Origin: Candidatus Poribacteria bacterium
Lineage (GTDB): Bacteria > Poribacteria > WGA-4E > WGA-3G
Length of the DNA stretch: 64,000 bases
Assembly: GCA_965198235.1 (NCBI GenBank)
Contig: OZ240248.1
Location: 3,584,001-3,648,000 of the forward strand
Direction: 5' to 3'
A program made the translations under genes and the position numbers. The notes under the pieces are model-generated. The model was not told the DNA's origin, did not search any database, and saw only the letters and a program-made list of their open reading frames with translations. This document shows positions 9,886-19,814 of this stretch, one piece after another. Each line of letters starts with the position of its first letter. Position 1 is the stretch's first letter.

Positions 9886-10749
9886 TTAACAATCTACATC
9901 TTTCCCATCGCTACCGTAAACATCCATCCGTTCCTGTGTTGTGATCTCTCCGGCACTCGCCGGTTTGTAATGGAGTTGTAGCGCGCGCCGCCGTTGTTCC
10001 GATTGGTTCACAGGGCTTCCGTGATGGGTCAAACCGTGCCAGAAAAGGCATCCGCCCGGCTTAAGAGGAACCATCGTATCACGCGCAACTGGTACATCCG
10101 TATCGCAAATCTGCCAATCCCGACGTTTGAAATGGATCATCGGTCCCTCGTTATTTGAACCCGGTATGACGTGCAAACATCCGTTTTCAGGCGTGGCTTC
10201 GTCTAAGGCGATCCATACACCGACAACCGTTGTTCCCTCCGGTAGGTTAAAATAGGCGCAATCCTGATGCCACGCCTTTTCCGACCCGTGACGCGGCGGT
10301 TTGACGAGTGCCATATCTTGGAACAGTTCAGGTGTGTCCCCCACGATTTGTTCAAGTACACCGAGGAGTCCTGAATGGGTTGCTATCGCGTTCAGACGAG
10401 GTTCGTAGTCAACAAAACCGAAGATTTTCCTGATAGCGTCACGGCGTGCTTGACCCTCCAACTCATCCTTCTGCTTGACGAGTTTCGGTTCAAATTGGAT
10501 CGCTCGGAAATCAGGACACTTCCCATCCATGAGATGGAGCATACCTGCCAATGCGTCCTCGATTTCGGTAGGACTGAAGGCATCGTTGATGACGAGGTAG
10601 CCGTGGCGATGAAAGTATTCGATGTCTGCCTCAGTCACGGCTGGAAACCCACCCGTAATCCCCTCGGCAGCCGTGTCAAAACGATAGAGATCGAGTGGAT
10701 ATGGGATTTGGGCGATGTCTGTCCGTTCGCTTGTCGTTGGGGTGTTCAT
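9886..10749 (-). CDS. phytanoyl-CoA dioxygenase (PhyH) family Fe(II)/2OG oxygenase
   Basis: WHQD, VWIALDEATPENGCLHVIPGS, HGSPVNQSEQRRRAL. Confidence 0.92.
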   Translation of the reverse strand: MNTPTTSERTDIAQIPYPLDLYRFDTAAEGITGGFPAVTEADIEYFHRHGYLVINDAFSPTEIEDALAGMLHLMDGKCPDFRAIQFEPKLVKQKDELEGQARRDAIRKIFGFVDYEPRLNAIATHSGLLGVLEQIVGDTPELFQDMALVKPPRHGSEKAWHQDCAYFNLPEGTTVVGVWIALDEATPENGCLHVIPGSNNEGPMIHFKRRDWQICDTDVPVARDTMVPLKPGGCLFWHGLTHHGSPVNQSEQRRRALQLHYKPASAGEITTQERMDVYGSDGKDVDC

Positions 10750-10970
10750 ACATAAATTCCTTTTATAGTTGTCAGTTATCAGTACGCTTACTCCGTTCGC
10801 TTTCAGTTATCAGTACGCTCACTTCGTTCGCTTTCGGTTAATAGTTACAAGAGGCATTTATTAAACGAAACCTCTTAACTGATAACCGATAACCGAAAGG
10901 GTTGCGTAGCAACCCGTACTACAACTCTTATGCGTAGCAATCTATTCTGACGACTGGAAGCCATCACGTC

Positions 10971-11984
10971 TTAAATTTCTCCGTCGCCTTCGCGGGTCAT
11001 TAGGGTCAGAAAATCGTCAACCCGATCGATTGCGGCTTGGGCGCGATCGCGTGCCGATGCGTCCTTCTCCTCTTCAGCCAACCACTGCCGCCGTTTCGGA
11101 AGCCACTCGTTTTTCAGATAGTCAAGTTGGTTCAGGAAGTGGGGATCTTCGGTTTCACTGACGAAGTACTCAATCAGACCCAGCAATCCGTATTTACGGT
11201 TTATCTCCATATCGTCTAATTCACCTACCATTTGTGTGAAAAGCTGCTGGTTCCTGTCTTGTCGGGCTTGGGCGACTTCGCGCGAGGACTCAGTCAGAAG
11301 TTTGTCGACGAATTCCTGCTTGGAATTAATCCAACGTGGCAGGCTCCGGACGTAATCCTCAAGGTCAAAATTTCCGCGTTGGAGCGCGAAATAGGAGTGG
11401 ATGTGAATGTTTCGGAAGAAAGCGGTATACCCAACATTTGGATCCATGGTGTCAGCATCGTAGAGGATCTGGTTTTCAATCCTATTATAGAGCAGTTTAA
11501 AGTCCTCCGCTGTGAGATTCATCGGCTTTAGGTGCGCGAGGACAACAGACGTTGCAGCTTCCACGAAATCGGATTCAAAGTCGTACATTCCCAAGATGTT
11601 CTCGGTAATGACTGCCCCGGATTCGTGATGTACCTTGCCGTGGAGGTTGTGCTTACTGTAAAGCTCGGTAACGACGTTCTGACCGGCAGGGGTGAGTGTC
11701 TCGTTTAACCAGAAACCGCTGTGGTCAAGGACACGTTGTCCATTGTCGTCAGTCAAGATAACGCCGTCGTATCGTTTGGTGATGTCGTGCAGGGTGCCGG
11801 CGACTTCAAGTAGCTTCACATCGCCACCTTCCCGCTTACCGAGTTCCATGCTCATCGCACGCACACGCATGGTGTGGTTCCATGTATAGTGTCGCCACTG
11901 GAAACCTACGCGGTTGTGTTCCCAGAGTCCGAAGGTTTCATTGACTAAAGTTTCCAATTCATTCAAGACTTGGCTGTAGTTCAT
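10971..11984 (-). CDS. HD-domain phosphohydrolase
   Basis: HTMRV...LHDITK...HHESG...YDADTMD metal-binding residues. Confidence 0.82.
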   Translation of the reverse strand: MNYSQVLNELETLVNETFGLWEHNRVGFQWRHYTWNHTMRVRAMSMELGKREGGDVKLLEVAGTLHDITKRYDGVILTDDNGQRVLDHSGFWLNETLTPAGQNVVTELYSKHNLHGKVHHESGAVITENILGMYDFESDFVEAATSVVLAHLKPMNLTAEDFKLLYNRIENQILYDADTMDPNVGYTAFFRNIHIHSYFALQRGNFDLEDYVRSLPRWINSKQEFVDKLLTESSREVAQARQDRNQQLFTQMVGELDDMEINRKYGLLGLIEYFVSETEDPHFLNQLDYLKNEWLPKRRQWLAEEEKDASARDRAQAAIDRVDDFLTLMTREGDGEI

Positions 11985-12171
11985 TTTTTAATTTTTCCTT
12001 GCGGTTAAAGTTCGTGCGTTTCGATTTTGACGGGCGTTGCTTATATCCGCCCTCCACTACGTTACGGGCTACGGATTTTTGAGTCTATTTCAAGAGGAAA
12101 CCTTTGTAGGACGAACCCCTCTTTACTGACTGCTGATTGCTGGCTGCTAATTGCCATCCGCCAAATCCGCG

Positions 12172-12951
12172 TCAGGCGTTATATTTCACTTCAGTGAGGG
12201 ACAATCCGTGCGCGGGGACTGACATCCCTGCTGCGGCTCGGTCTTTGGCATCTAAAATGCGACGAAGTTGCATTTCAGCGTCTTGGCATTTCATATTTTG
12301 GGCGCAGCTTGTAGGTTTCCAAAACTTTCTATTAAGCGTTAGAACGGTGCCGGTGATGGCGCGAACCATACCTCGCAGAAACGAATCCGCTTCGATCTCA
12401 AAATAGACGTACGGTTCTTTTTTCCTCCAGCGCGCCTCATAAATCTCGCAAACGGGGTTTATTCGGTCACTCCCTGCCTTTTGGAAGGAGGAGAAATCGT
12501 GTGTGCCGACCAGCGTTTGGCAAAGATCGTTGGTTCTCGGAACGTTGATTTCTGTCGGGAAGCAGTAACTTGCTTGTCGCATAAGTGCGCTCGGATATTC
12601 CCGATTCAAAATCGTGTATCGGTATCGCCTGCTTGTCGCACTGAAACGGGCGTGGAACTCAGTGGACACCTCTGTTGCGGAACAAACGACGATATCCCGA
12701 GGCAGAATAGCGTTGAGTCCTTTCTGAAATGCGACGACGGGTATCTGTGAATCCGTGTGGAAGTTGGCGACTTGTCCCTCCGCGTGGACACCGGTATCGG
12801 TCCTCCCCGCCCCGATGATCTGTATCGGGGTTTTGGTTAGCTTTGCCAAAGCATCTTCGATTGTGCCTTGGACTGTCGGCAAGTGCGGTTGCGTCTGCCA
12901 GCCGTGATAATTCGTGCCATCGTATTCAAGCACGAGTTTAATGTTTCGCAT
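12172..12951 (-). CDS. truA: tRNA pseudouridine(38-40) synthase
   Basis: YDGTNYHGWQ, GAGRTDTGVHA, FHARFSA, FLRGMVR. Confidence 0.96.
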   Translation of the reverse strand: MRNIKLVLEYDGTNYHGWQTQPHLPTVQGTIEDALAKLTKTPIQIIGAGRTDTGVHAEGQVANFHTDSQIPVVAFQKGLNAILPRDIVVCSATEVSTEFHARFSATSRRYRYTILNREYPSALMRQASYCFPTEINVPRTNDLCQTLVGTHDFSSFQKAGSDRINPVCEIYEARWRKKEPYVYFEIEADSFLRGMVRAITGTVLTLNRKFWKPTSCAQNMKCQDAEMQLRRILDAKDRAAAGMSVPAHGLSLTEVKYNA

Positions 12952-13139
12952 TGTGTCGCCCTATTATAGGGTTCGTAGATGTCTGATAGATAAAGGGTAT
13001 CACATTCCTGCATTAAGTGTCAAATCAATTGTGGAGCGGCTACCTAACAAGAACTTGATAATTTCTTTTACGATATGCTATTATATTTTCATTGAGAGAC
13101 AGTGGCGAATACAGGTCGTGGTGATAGGAGGGATTGTTT

Positions 13140-13949
13140 ATGGTCAGCCGACAAGAGATTCAGGCTACTTGTGATGACATCGTGCGCGAATTCGCGCCGC
13201 TACAGGTGATCCTCTTTGGCTCTTATGGGTATGGCACCCCTACGGAGGATTCGGATGTCGATTTACTCGTCGTCATGGCGATTTCAGAGTCGGAGACGCG
13301 TCGCCAAGCGGCAGAAATTAGACAGCGCATCCCCCACCGCTTCCCTATGGATTTGCTTGTCCGGTCGCCGGAAGATATTGCTTATCGCCTCTCATATAAT
13401 GACTGGTTTCTTCGCGAGATAACCGAAAAAGGAGAGGTCCTTTATGGCACTGCGGATCCCTTGCAACGTGCGCTTGCGAGATGTTCTGCTACATGCCGCG
13501 ATGCATTGGAAAAGGAGAAGGAGGCAATGAATCCGTTGACATTGGAGTGGACCCAAAAGGCTGAGGGTGATTATACTATCATGCACCAGAATTATCACTC
13601 ATCGAATCCAGTACACGATGCCATCTGCTTCCATGCCCAGCAGTGTATTGAAAAATATCTCAAAGCGTGGCTTCAAGAGGCGAACATTCCCTTTACGAGG
13701 ACACACGATTTAGAAAGGCTACTAAGTTTGATTATTCCGACGATTCCTGCTTGGGAGGCTTGGGAAGCCGATTTCTCAACGGTTTCTGAACATGCGGTGG
13801 ATTTCCGTTATCCGGGCAAAGCGGCGACTGTTGCTGATGCCCAACACGCTCTAAAAACTTGTGTTCGGGTTCGCCAAGCGATTCGGGAACAGTTGGGATT
13901 ACCTCCCAATGTAGCAAGCGACGATCAGCTGCTGACACCTGATGAATAA
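13140..13949 (+). CDS. fused minimal nucleotidyltransferase (MNT)-HEPN protein
   Basis: ILFGSYGYG..DSDVDLLVV (MNT), then FHAQQCIEKYLKA, THDL and FRYPG (HEPN); AGGAGG RBS before ATG 13140; internal RBS plus ATG at 13527. Confidence 0.85.
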   Translation: MVSRQEIQATCDDIVREFAPLQVILFGSYGYGTPTEDSDVDLLVVMAISESETRRQAAEIRQRIPHRFPMDLLVRSPEDIAYRLSYNDWFLREITEKGEVLYGTADPLQRALARCSATCRDALEKEKEAMNPLTLEWTQKAEGDYTIMHQNYHSSNPVHDAICFHAQQCIEKYLKAWLQEANIPFTRTHDLERLLSLIIPTIPAWEAWEADFSTVSEHAVDFRYPGKAATVADAQHALKTCVRVRQAIREQLGLPPNVASDDQLLTPDE

Positions 13950-14073
13950 CCACCTTTGATCACGGTTCCCCCGACTTTTATCTCTGATCCGAATCGGTCT
14001 GAAAAGCGTAGGAAATTCTTGTGTGTAAACGATGGACAATTATCAGTTGCACTGATAGGCGGGGCATTCCGAG

Positions 14074-15081
14074 ATGAAAAACGAAACTCAGGTCTATGAC
14101 ATCCAAGAAAGTCAGCGCGGGACACGTCTCGACCGCTTTCTTATCAGCGCAACGGAAGGTGTATCTCGAACCTATCTTCAGCGATTGATTCGCGATGGTG
14201 ATGTCACTGTTAACGGCAAGATTGCTAAACAACCGAGTTATGCGCTGCGAGACGGTGATCAGGTGTGCTTGACGCTTCCACCGCCGCGTCCTTTGGATAC
14301 TGCCCAACCTGAGCGAATTTCTCTTGACATCCTTCACGAGGATAGCCATTTAATCGTTCTGAATAAACCCGCGGGTATGCTGGTTCATCCCGCGAACGGG
14401 GTGAATGTTGGCACGCTTGTCAACGCATTGCTCGCACATTGTACAGACCTGTCCGGCATCGGTGGTGTGGCGCGACCGGGGATTGTTCACAGGCTGGACA
14501 AGGGGACGTCAGGCGTGCTCGTTGTTGCGAAGACGGATGTGGTGCATCGGGGACTCTCTGTTCAATTTGAACGGCATAGCATTACACGTCAGTACGTCGC
14601 CGTGGTGTGTGGGGCGCCTACGGAAACAGCAGGGACGATTGATGCACGAATTGCGCGGAGCCGACGGGATCGACGGCGGATGACGACGGTTGAAACAGGC
14701 GGACGGCATGCTGTCACGCACTGTGAGGTTTTAGAGAGGTATCCCCAATTCGCACTTGTTCAACTGACATTAGAAACCGGGCGACTCCATCAGATTCGTG
14801 TGCATCTGCAACATATTGGACATCCAGTGGTTGGTGATGCCGTTTATGGTGGCGAACAACGTGCTATGAACGATGCCGACACGCCGGAACTGAAACAGGC
14901 GCTCTCGCAACTGAAGCGTCAAGCGTTGCATGCACGCTTGCTCGGTTTTGAACATCCAGCAACGGGGGAACACTTGACTTTTTCAGCAGAGTTGCCGGAA
15001 GATATGCAGTACCTCGTTGATGCCTTAAGGAAAAAACAGCGCGGTAGCTCATTTGATGGAAAAGAGTTCAGGAGTCGGTAG
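14074..15081 (+). CDS. rluD: RluA family 23S rRNA pseudouridine synthase (RluD-like)
   Basis: S4 domain RLDRFL, NKPAGMLVHP, RPGIVHRLDKGTSG, LETGRLHQIRVH. Confidence 0.9.
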   Translation: MKNETQVYDIQESQRGTRLDRFLISATEGVSRTYLQRLIRDGDVTVNGKIAKQPSYALRDGDQVCLTLPPPRPLDTAQPERISLDILHEDSHLIVLNKPAGMLVHPANGVNVGTLVNALLAHCTDLSGIGGVARPGIVHRLDKGTSGVLVVAKTDVVHRGLSVQFERHSITRQYVAVVCGAPTETAGTIDARIARSRRDRRRMTTVETGGRHAVTHCEVLERYPQFALVQLTLETGRLHQIRVHLQHIGHPVVGDAVYGGEQRAMNDADTPELKQALSQLKRQALHARLLGFEHPATGEHLTFSAELPEDMQYLVDALRKKQRGSSFDGKEFRSR

Positions 15082-15188
15082 TTTGGAAACGCCAAACCCA
15101 ACAAGAGAAGGGGTGCCGCATCGAGAGATGTGCACGACTTGCCTTGTTCCCGTTGTATGTGCTATACTTGTAAAAAAGGAGGCTTCTC

Positions 15189-15569
15189 ATGTCAGATCAA
15201 GATTTTCGAGAGCGTGTGCTATCTGCCCTAGAACGGCTGGAGCAGAAATCTGAGCGGCTGGATCAGAAATCTGAGCGGCTGGATCAAAAGTTTGAGCAAA
15301 AGTTTGACGCTCTGGATCAAAAGTTTGAGCAGAAGTTTGACGCTCTGGATCAAAAGTTTGAGCAAAAGTTTGACGCTCTGGATCAAAAGCTTGAGAAGAA
15401 GTTTGACGCCCTGGAAACCCGTTTGGGCCTTTTGGAACAAGGTGTAAGTTGGATTCGAGGGAAGTTAGAGGGGAAGGCAGAGGTTGGTGCGACTTTGGTG
15501 AGTCGTATAGCAGTCGGGACCGCAATTGTCTCTGCCATAATTGCTTTATTCGCTCTGTTTAGGTCATAA
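15189..15569 (+). CDS. tandem-repeat coiled-coil protein with C-terminal TM anchor (DUF1640/Bdr-like)
   Basis: AAGGAGG RBS; ERLDQKS x3 then EQKFDALDQKF x3-4; hydrophobic C-terminus. Confidence 0.8.
   Translation: MSDQDFRERVLSALERLEQKSERLDQKSERLDQKFEQKFDALDQKFEQKFDALDQKFEQKFDALDQKLEKKFDALETRLGLLEQGVSWIRGKLEGKAEVGATLVSRIAVGTAIVSAIIALFALFRS
15231..15416 (+). repeat. coding tandem repeats: 3 x 21 bp followed by about 3.7 x 33 bp
   Basis: gagcggctggatcagaaatct units, then gagcaaaagtttgacgctctggatcaaaagttt units. Confidence 0.95.
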
Positions 15570-15719
15570 TTGAGGTTGGCATGCTAAAAAACATAGTTAT
15601 GTTCTGGCAATGGCGTGGTCTGTAGGTTATTCCGTGTGCTACGGTTGTAGCAGAATTTTCGTAGCACGAGAGCCACGTGTTTCGTAAACTTCATCAGAAA
15701 CAGAAAAGGAAATCTATCT

Positions 15720-16706
15720 ATGGAATATGTCAATTTTGGAAAAGCAGGGGTTAAAGTAAGTCCACTCGCATTGGGTTTAGGACTCAGAGGACAAAGCGAT
15801 GCCGATGATGCCCAAAGACTCATTGAACACGCCATCGATTCCGGTATCAACCTCATCGATTGTGCCAACATCTATGGACTTATGGACGATCGCGCCAACA
15901 TCGGTCGTTCTGAGGAGGTTCTCGGTAAAGCGATTCAGGGCAAACGCGATGACGTGGTGATTACGTCGAAGGTTTTCAGCCAGATTGGTCCGGGTCCCAA
16001 CGACAGCGGTTTGTCACGATTCCATATTATGCGGGAAGTGGAGCGTTCTTTATCACGTCTCAATACTGACCATATTGATGTTTACCTCATCCACGCGCCT
16101 GATGAAACGACCCCACAGGAAGAAACGGTTCGCGCAATGGACGATCTCGTGCGTTCGGGCAAGGTGCGCTATATCGGTTGTTGTAATCATCAGGCATGGC
16201 AGGCGTGTAAGGCACTCTGGATCGCCGATCGGATTAACGCAACGCCCTATATGTGTCTTCAGAACATGTATAACCTGCTGAATCGAGATACGGAAACCGA
16301 GCTGTTCGGTTTGGTACGTGAGGAAGGGTTAGGCGTTATGTGTTATAGCCCGTTGGCGGTGGGCTTGTTGAGCGGTGTTTATTCACCGGATGAACCGCCT
16401 CCGGCTGGTACTTTGTGGGGGACACGGTTACGTGATGAGTTTTCGCAACGAATGAGTGGCGCAACCGGACAGGTGATTGTAACTCTCAAGCGACTCGCAG
16501 CGGAATTGGGAAAAACGTCTGCACAGCTCGCTGTGGCGTGGGTGTTATCGCATCCAGAGGTTACCGTCGCAATCAGTGGTAGCGACACGATTGAGCAGCT
16601 TGACGATACACTTGGTGGTGTTGGTTGGGAACTTGATCCGGCGGTTCGTGAGGAGTTGGACGAGGTATCGAGTTCGTTTGTGCGTCTCATCGCACCACCC
16701 GCTTAA
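15720..16706 (+). CDS. aldo/keto reductase
   Basis: GINLIDCANIYG, TSKV, SLSRLNTDHIDVYLIH, GKVRYIG, YSPLAVGLLSG. Confidence 0.94.
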   Translation: MEYVNFGKAGVKVSPLALGLGLRGQSDADDAQRLIEHAIDSGINLIDCANIYGLMDDRANIGRSEEVLGKAIQGKRDDVVITSKVFSQIGPGPNDSGLSRFHIMREVERSLSRLNTDHIDVYLIHAPDETTPQEETVRAMDDLVRSGKVRYIGCCNHQAWQACKALWIADRINATPYMCLQNMYNLLNRDTETELFGLVREEGLGVMCYSPLAVGLLSGVYSPDEPPPAGTLWGTRLRDEFSQRMSGATGQVIVTLKRLAAELGKTSAQLAVAWVLSHPEVTVAISGSDTIEQLDDTLGGVGWELDPAVREELDEVSSSFVRLIAPPA

Positions 16707-16737
16707 TGGCGGTCAGCAGTCGGTAAGTTCATTCTTT

Positions 16738-16968
16738 GTAGGTTGGGTTGAAGGGAAGTTTACTAAAACCACTTGTAGAAGAAGGCTTTTTAAGTTTCAT
16801 TGGAAGCCGAAATTTCCGAAGTACGAGTGAAACCCAACACTTTTTTATCTCTGGAGGGGTTGGTTGTTGGGTTTCGCTATATCCTATCTACGCGAAGGCT
16901 CATTGAGAAGTAGAATTTTCCGTGTAAATCAGATAAATTTTGATCTTTTACCGCTCAACCCAACCTAC
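16738..16968. repeat. 231-bp REPIN-like palindromic element (REP family A)
   Basis: Perfect 14-bp ends gtaggttgggttga / tcaacccaacctac with an inner gaaacccaac / gttgggtttc pair; homologue at 51264-51500. Confidence 0.85.
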
Positions 16969-16989
16969 GTCTACACTTTTACAAAAACG

Positions 16990-17020
16990 AAAAGAGGCGG
17001 ATCCAAAGGTCCGCCTCTAT
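16990..17020. terminator. probable bidirectional intrinsic terminator
   Basis: agaggcgga-loop-tccgcctct stem between convergent genes, A tract on the left. Confidence 0.65.
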
Positions 17021-17031
17021 GTTTTATGCTG

Positions 17032-18204
17032 TTAGGATACGGTTTGGTATCGTTCCCAGGCATCGCCTGCAGCAGCGGCTTGACGTTCGAGTTCGGTTCG
17101 CCATCCAACGACTTCGCCTGTCTTGATGCGTTGAATGTCAAAGCCGGCATAGCGATCTTCGAGCCTATCGCCGAGTTTGAGGGTTGCCGCCCAGCGGTCC
17201 CATGCCGTTTTCATCCATTCGTGCGGGAGTGCCTCACGGACGGTGGTGTCGAGCTGCCATGCGAATCGCGCATCGGCGACTGTTGGTTCCTCGTCGGAGG
17301 GACCGCTCCATTTCGACCAGCCGATTGAGAGGGTGTTGCGTTCGCGCTCAGGTACGGTGTGTCCGGTATGGATGGTCGTGCCGTTACGGATGAGTGCCTC
17401 GCCTGCCTTGAGCCGAATCGCGACCTGTCCGGGGAGCGGGTCTGTGCCATTCCAACTCGGTGTATATGGAACACCCTGGTCCTTCATGGATTGTGGGAGT
17501 AGTACGTCGTGCTCAAGCGGGGTGCGCCATCGATGGTGGCTACCTTGAACGAGTTCATGGCATTCGTCGTCCGCAAGTGCCAAGAACATGCCCACACTGT
17601 TCCGTTCGGTAATTCGCTTCTCATTTTCTTCCTGAATTTCCTTCCAGCGGATCCGCTCGACCTCCTCGGAATAGGCTTCGGGACCTTCTCGACGATCTTC
17701 TTGTGAGAAGTAACTCTCTCCAGTGCCCCACCATGTCGTGTCTCTGTGCCATCCGAGTTTGTTTTCTTTTTTACGAGGGTTACACCAGAGGAGTATGTTC
17801 GTCATGACAAGGTCTTCAGGCTCCGCGCCACACCACGCCTTGACGAAGCCTGTGAAATCTGGCGATCCGTAAAATTCAGCGAAAACGGGTTCTTTAAATG
17901 CCGGATGGATTATGCCTCGGATTGCCCAAGGTTCATTCTCACCTGCACGGTGAACGTATCCCTTTGAGCAGTCGATGCCGTCGTATCCGCTCTCTGGCGC
18001 ACAGGCTTGTGTAACCCGTCTGCCTGCCTCTCGGAGGATTGGAATCCACGGATTGTCAACAAAGTCGGTGATGATGACGAAACCGTGTTCCTTCAAGTGT
18101 GCCAACCGTTCGGGTGTGGCTCCGGGTGCAGCGAGTTCGGATTTTGAATCCGCAAAAGCCGGGGCGCGGTAAACTTCCTTCGCAGGGGATTGATCGTTGC
18201 TCAT
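17032..18204 (-). CDS. phytanoyl-CoA dioxygenase (PhyH)-like protein
   Basis: EHGFVII, WHRD, GSH and distal HTGH; AAGGAGG RBS. Confidence 0.75.
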   Translation of the reverse strand: MSNDQSPAKEVYRAPAFADSKSELAAPGATPERLAHLKEHGFVIITDFVDNPWIPILREAGRRVTQACAPESGYDGIDCSKGYVHRAGENEPWAIRGIIHPAFKEPVFAEFYGSPDFTGFVKAWCGAEPEDLVMTNILLWCNPRKKENKLGWHRDTTWWGTGESYFSQEDRREGPEAYSEEVERIRWKEIQEENEKRITERNSVGMFLALADDECHELVQGSHHRWRTPLEHDVLLPQSMKDQGVPYTPSWNGTDPLPGQVAIRLKAGEALIRNGTTIHTGHTVPERERNTLSIGWSKWSGPSDEEPTVADARFAWQLDTTVREALPHEWMKTAWDRWAATLKLGDRLEDRYAGFDIQRIKTGEVVGWRTELERQAAAAGDAWERYQTVS

Positions 18205-18407
18205 TGTCGTGCCTCCTTTTGAAGCTTTTAGAACGCTTGTTGAAACTTGAGGTTGTAGTATGATACTCCTTCACAAATTTGTCAAGGATTACGATGTTTC
18301 CTGTTGAAGGTTTCCAAATCCTATTGGTTTTCAGGTATCGGTTATCAGTTAAAGGATTATCGTCTAACAAAAGTCTCTTTTAACTGACAACTAACGACTG
18401 ACAACTA

Positions 18408-19445
18408 TTAATGCATCTCAATTGAGAGGACGTAACTCAGGATTGTCACCAGAAGCCATGTGCCGACCAACACGATCCCGAACGGACGTTTCAACTGATC
18501 GCCCGACACGAAAATCCCACACCGGAACATGATCAGAATAAACAGCATCGCTGGGAACAGAAACTGGAAGAACTGACCGTCTGCCTGCAAACCGCCTTGC
18601 GTTGCGGAAGCGGAGACACCGGCGACAAAAAGGACGTTGAGAATATCGGCGCCGATAATGTTACCGACTGCCAACTCTCCGTGTCCGCGCCTGACTGCTG
18701 ATAGTGCCGTTACCAGTTCTGGAAGCGATGTGCCGAACGCAACGAGTGTCGCTGAGATAATGTGTTTCGGGACCCCTATCCTTTCCGCCATGATGCTCAC
18801 GGTCGGAATCAGAATCTGGGCGGAGACGACGATGATGGCAATTGAGACGATGAGTTTAATGAGCGTTCCGAACCCGCTTGCTTCTTCCACCTCCGCTTCT
18901 TCGCCATTATCAGTATTCGCTCCTGCTGCACTTGCCCACCGGATGGACTGCCAGATATATAACGCCAGTAGTATAACGAAGATGACACCTACAAGTTGTG
19001 GCAGAACGCCGCCTTGCGTGAAGACTTTTGCTGGGGAGGTCCACGGGAAACAGCCGAGCACGAGTAGGATGCCAGCACCTACTTGTACGTTTGACAACCG
19101 TGAAGTCAACTGGCGATTGAGGGGTAGCGGAGCGATGAGGGATGCCAATCCGAGAATAAGTCCCGTGTCGCAAATAATTGAACCGACTGCGTTGCCGAGT
19201 GCAAGCCCCGGTTTTCCTTGTATTGCGGATAGTACAGAGACTGCCGCCTCTGGAGTTGTGGTGCCGATGCTCACGATCGTTGCACCGATGACCGCTTTTC
19301 CTAAACCCCATCGGGTTGAAAGGGTGACGGCTTCATCGACAAGCCAATCTGCACCTTTGCCGAGTGTGTAAAGCGTTACCGCAATTATCAGAAAAAGAGC
19401 CAGGCTGGGTAACCCGTTAGTAAGTTCTGTGATCCATTGTTCCAT
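18408..19445 (-). CDS. Ca2+/Na+ antiporter (YrbG/CaCA family)
   Basis: Two alpha-repeats, GTTTPE...GNAVGS and GTSLPE...GNIIGA; start MEQWITEL. Confidence 0.92.
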   Translation of the reverse strand: MEQWITELTNGLPSLALFLIIAVTLYTLGKGADWLVDEAVTLSTRWGLGKAVIGATIVSIGTTTPEAAVSVLSAIQGKPGLALGNAVGSIICDTGLILGLASLIAPLPLNRQLTSRLSNVQVGAGILLVLGCFPWTSPAKVFTQGGVLPQLVGVIFVILLALYIWQSIRWASAAGANTDNGEEAEVEEASGFGTLIKLIVSIAIIVVSAQILIPTVSIMAERIGVPKHIISATLVAFGTSLPELVTALSAVRRGHGELAVGNIIGADILNVLFVAGVSASATQGGLQADGQFFQFLFPAMLFILIMFRCGIFVSGDQLKRPFGIVLVGTWLLVTILSYVLSIEMH

Positions 19446-19562
19446 TAATTTTACCTTTCGAAGAGATATAGGATATTCATTTCCTGAGAATAGATTAGCA
19501 TATACCTTTGGCGAAGTCAATTAGTTTTCAGTTAAGAGGTTATCGTCTAACGAAGCTTCTTT

Positions 19563-19775
19563 TATGGTAAAACCCACAATTACTTGGACATTGTGGACGG
19601 GCGAGGTTAGGAAATCTCGCGAGCGGAGAGCGAAACCCAACACTTAAATGCCGTGTATAGGGTTGGTTCCTTCAGCCCCAGCGGGGGTTTTTGCTTGGGT
19701 GTTTCTTCAACATGTGTGTAGAAATAGAGTAAAGATAACAGTCAAGCCCCAGCGGGGCGACATGTGTAGATATAA
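19563..19775. repeat. cluster of REP/MITE-end fragments (families H, C, A, B)
   Basis: tatggtaaaacccacaattacttggaca, gcgaggttaggaaatctcgc, gcgaaacccaac and two gccccagcgggg units. Confidence 0.7.
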
Positions 19776-19814
19776 CAGTAAATTTCTCTAAATGTTTGTG
19801 TCGAACTCACGTTT

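Noticed and set aside
15231-15416. Regular repeats as a possible CRISPR array
   Set aside because: The units are contiguous with no unique spacers, are multiples of 3 and lie in a coding frame; no cas genes are present
16864-17328. ORFs spanning repeat elements (also 51274..51501, 53268..53543, 61072..61272)
   Set aside because: They are translations of palindromic non-coding repeats
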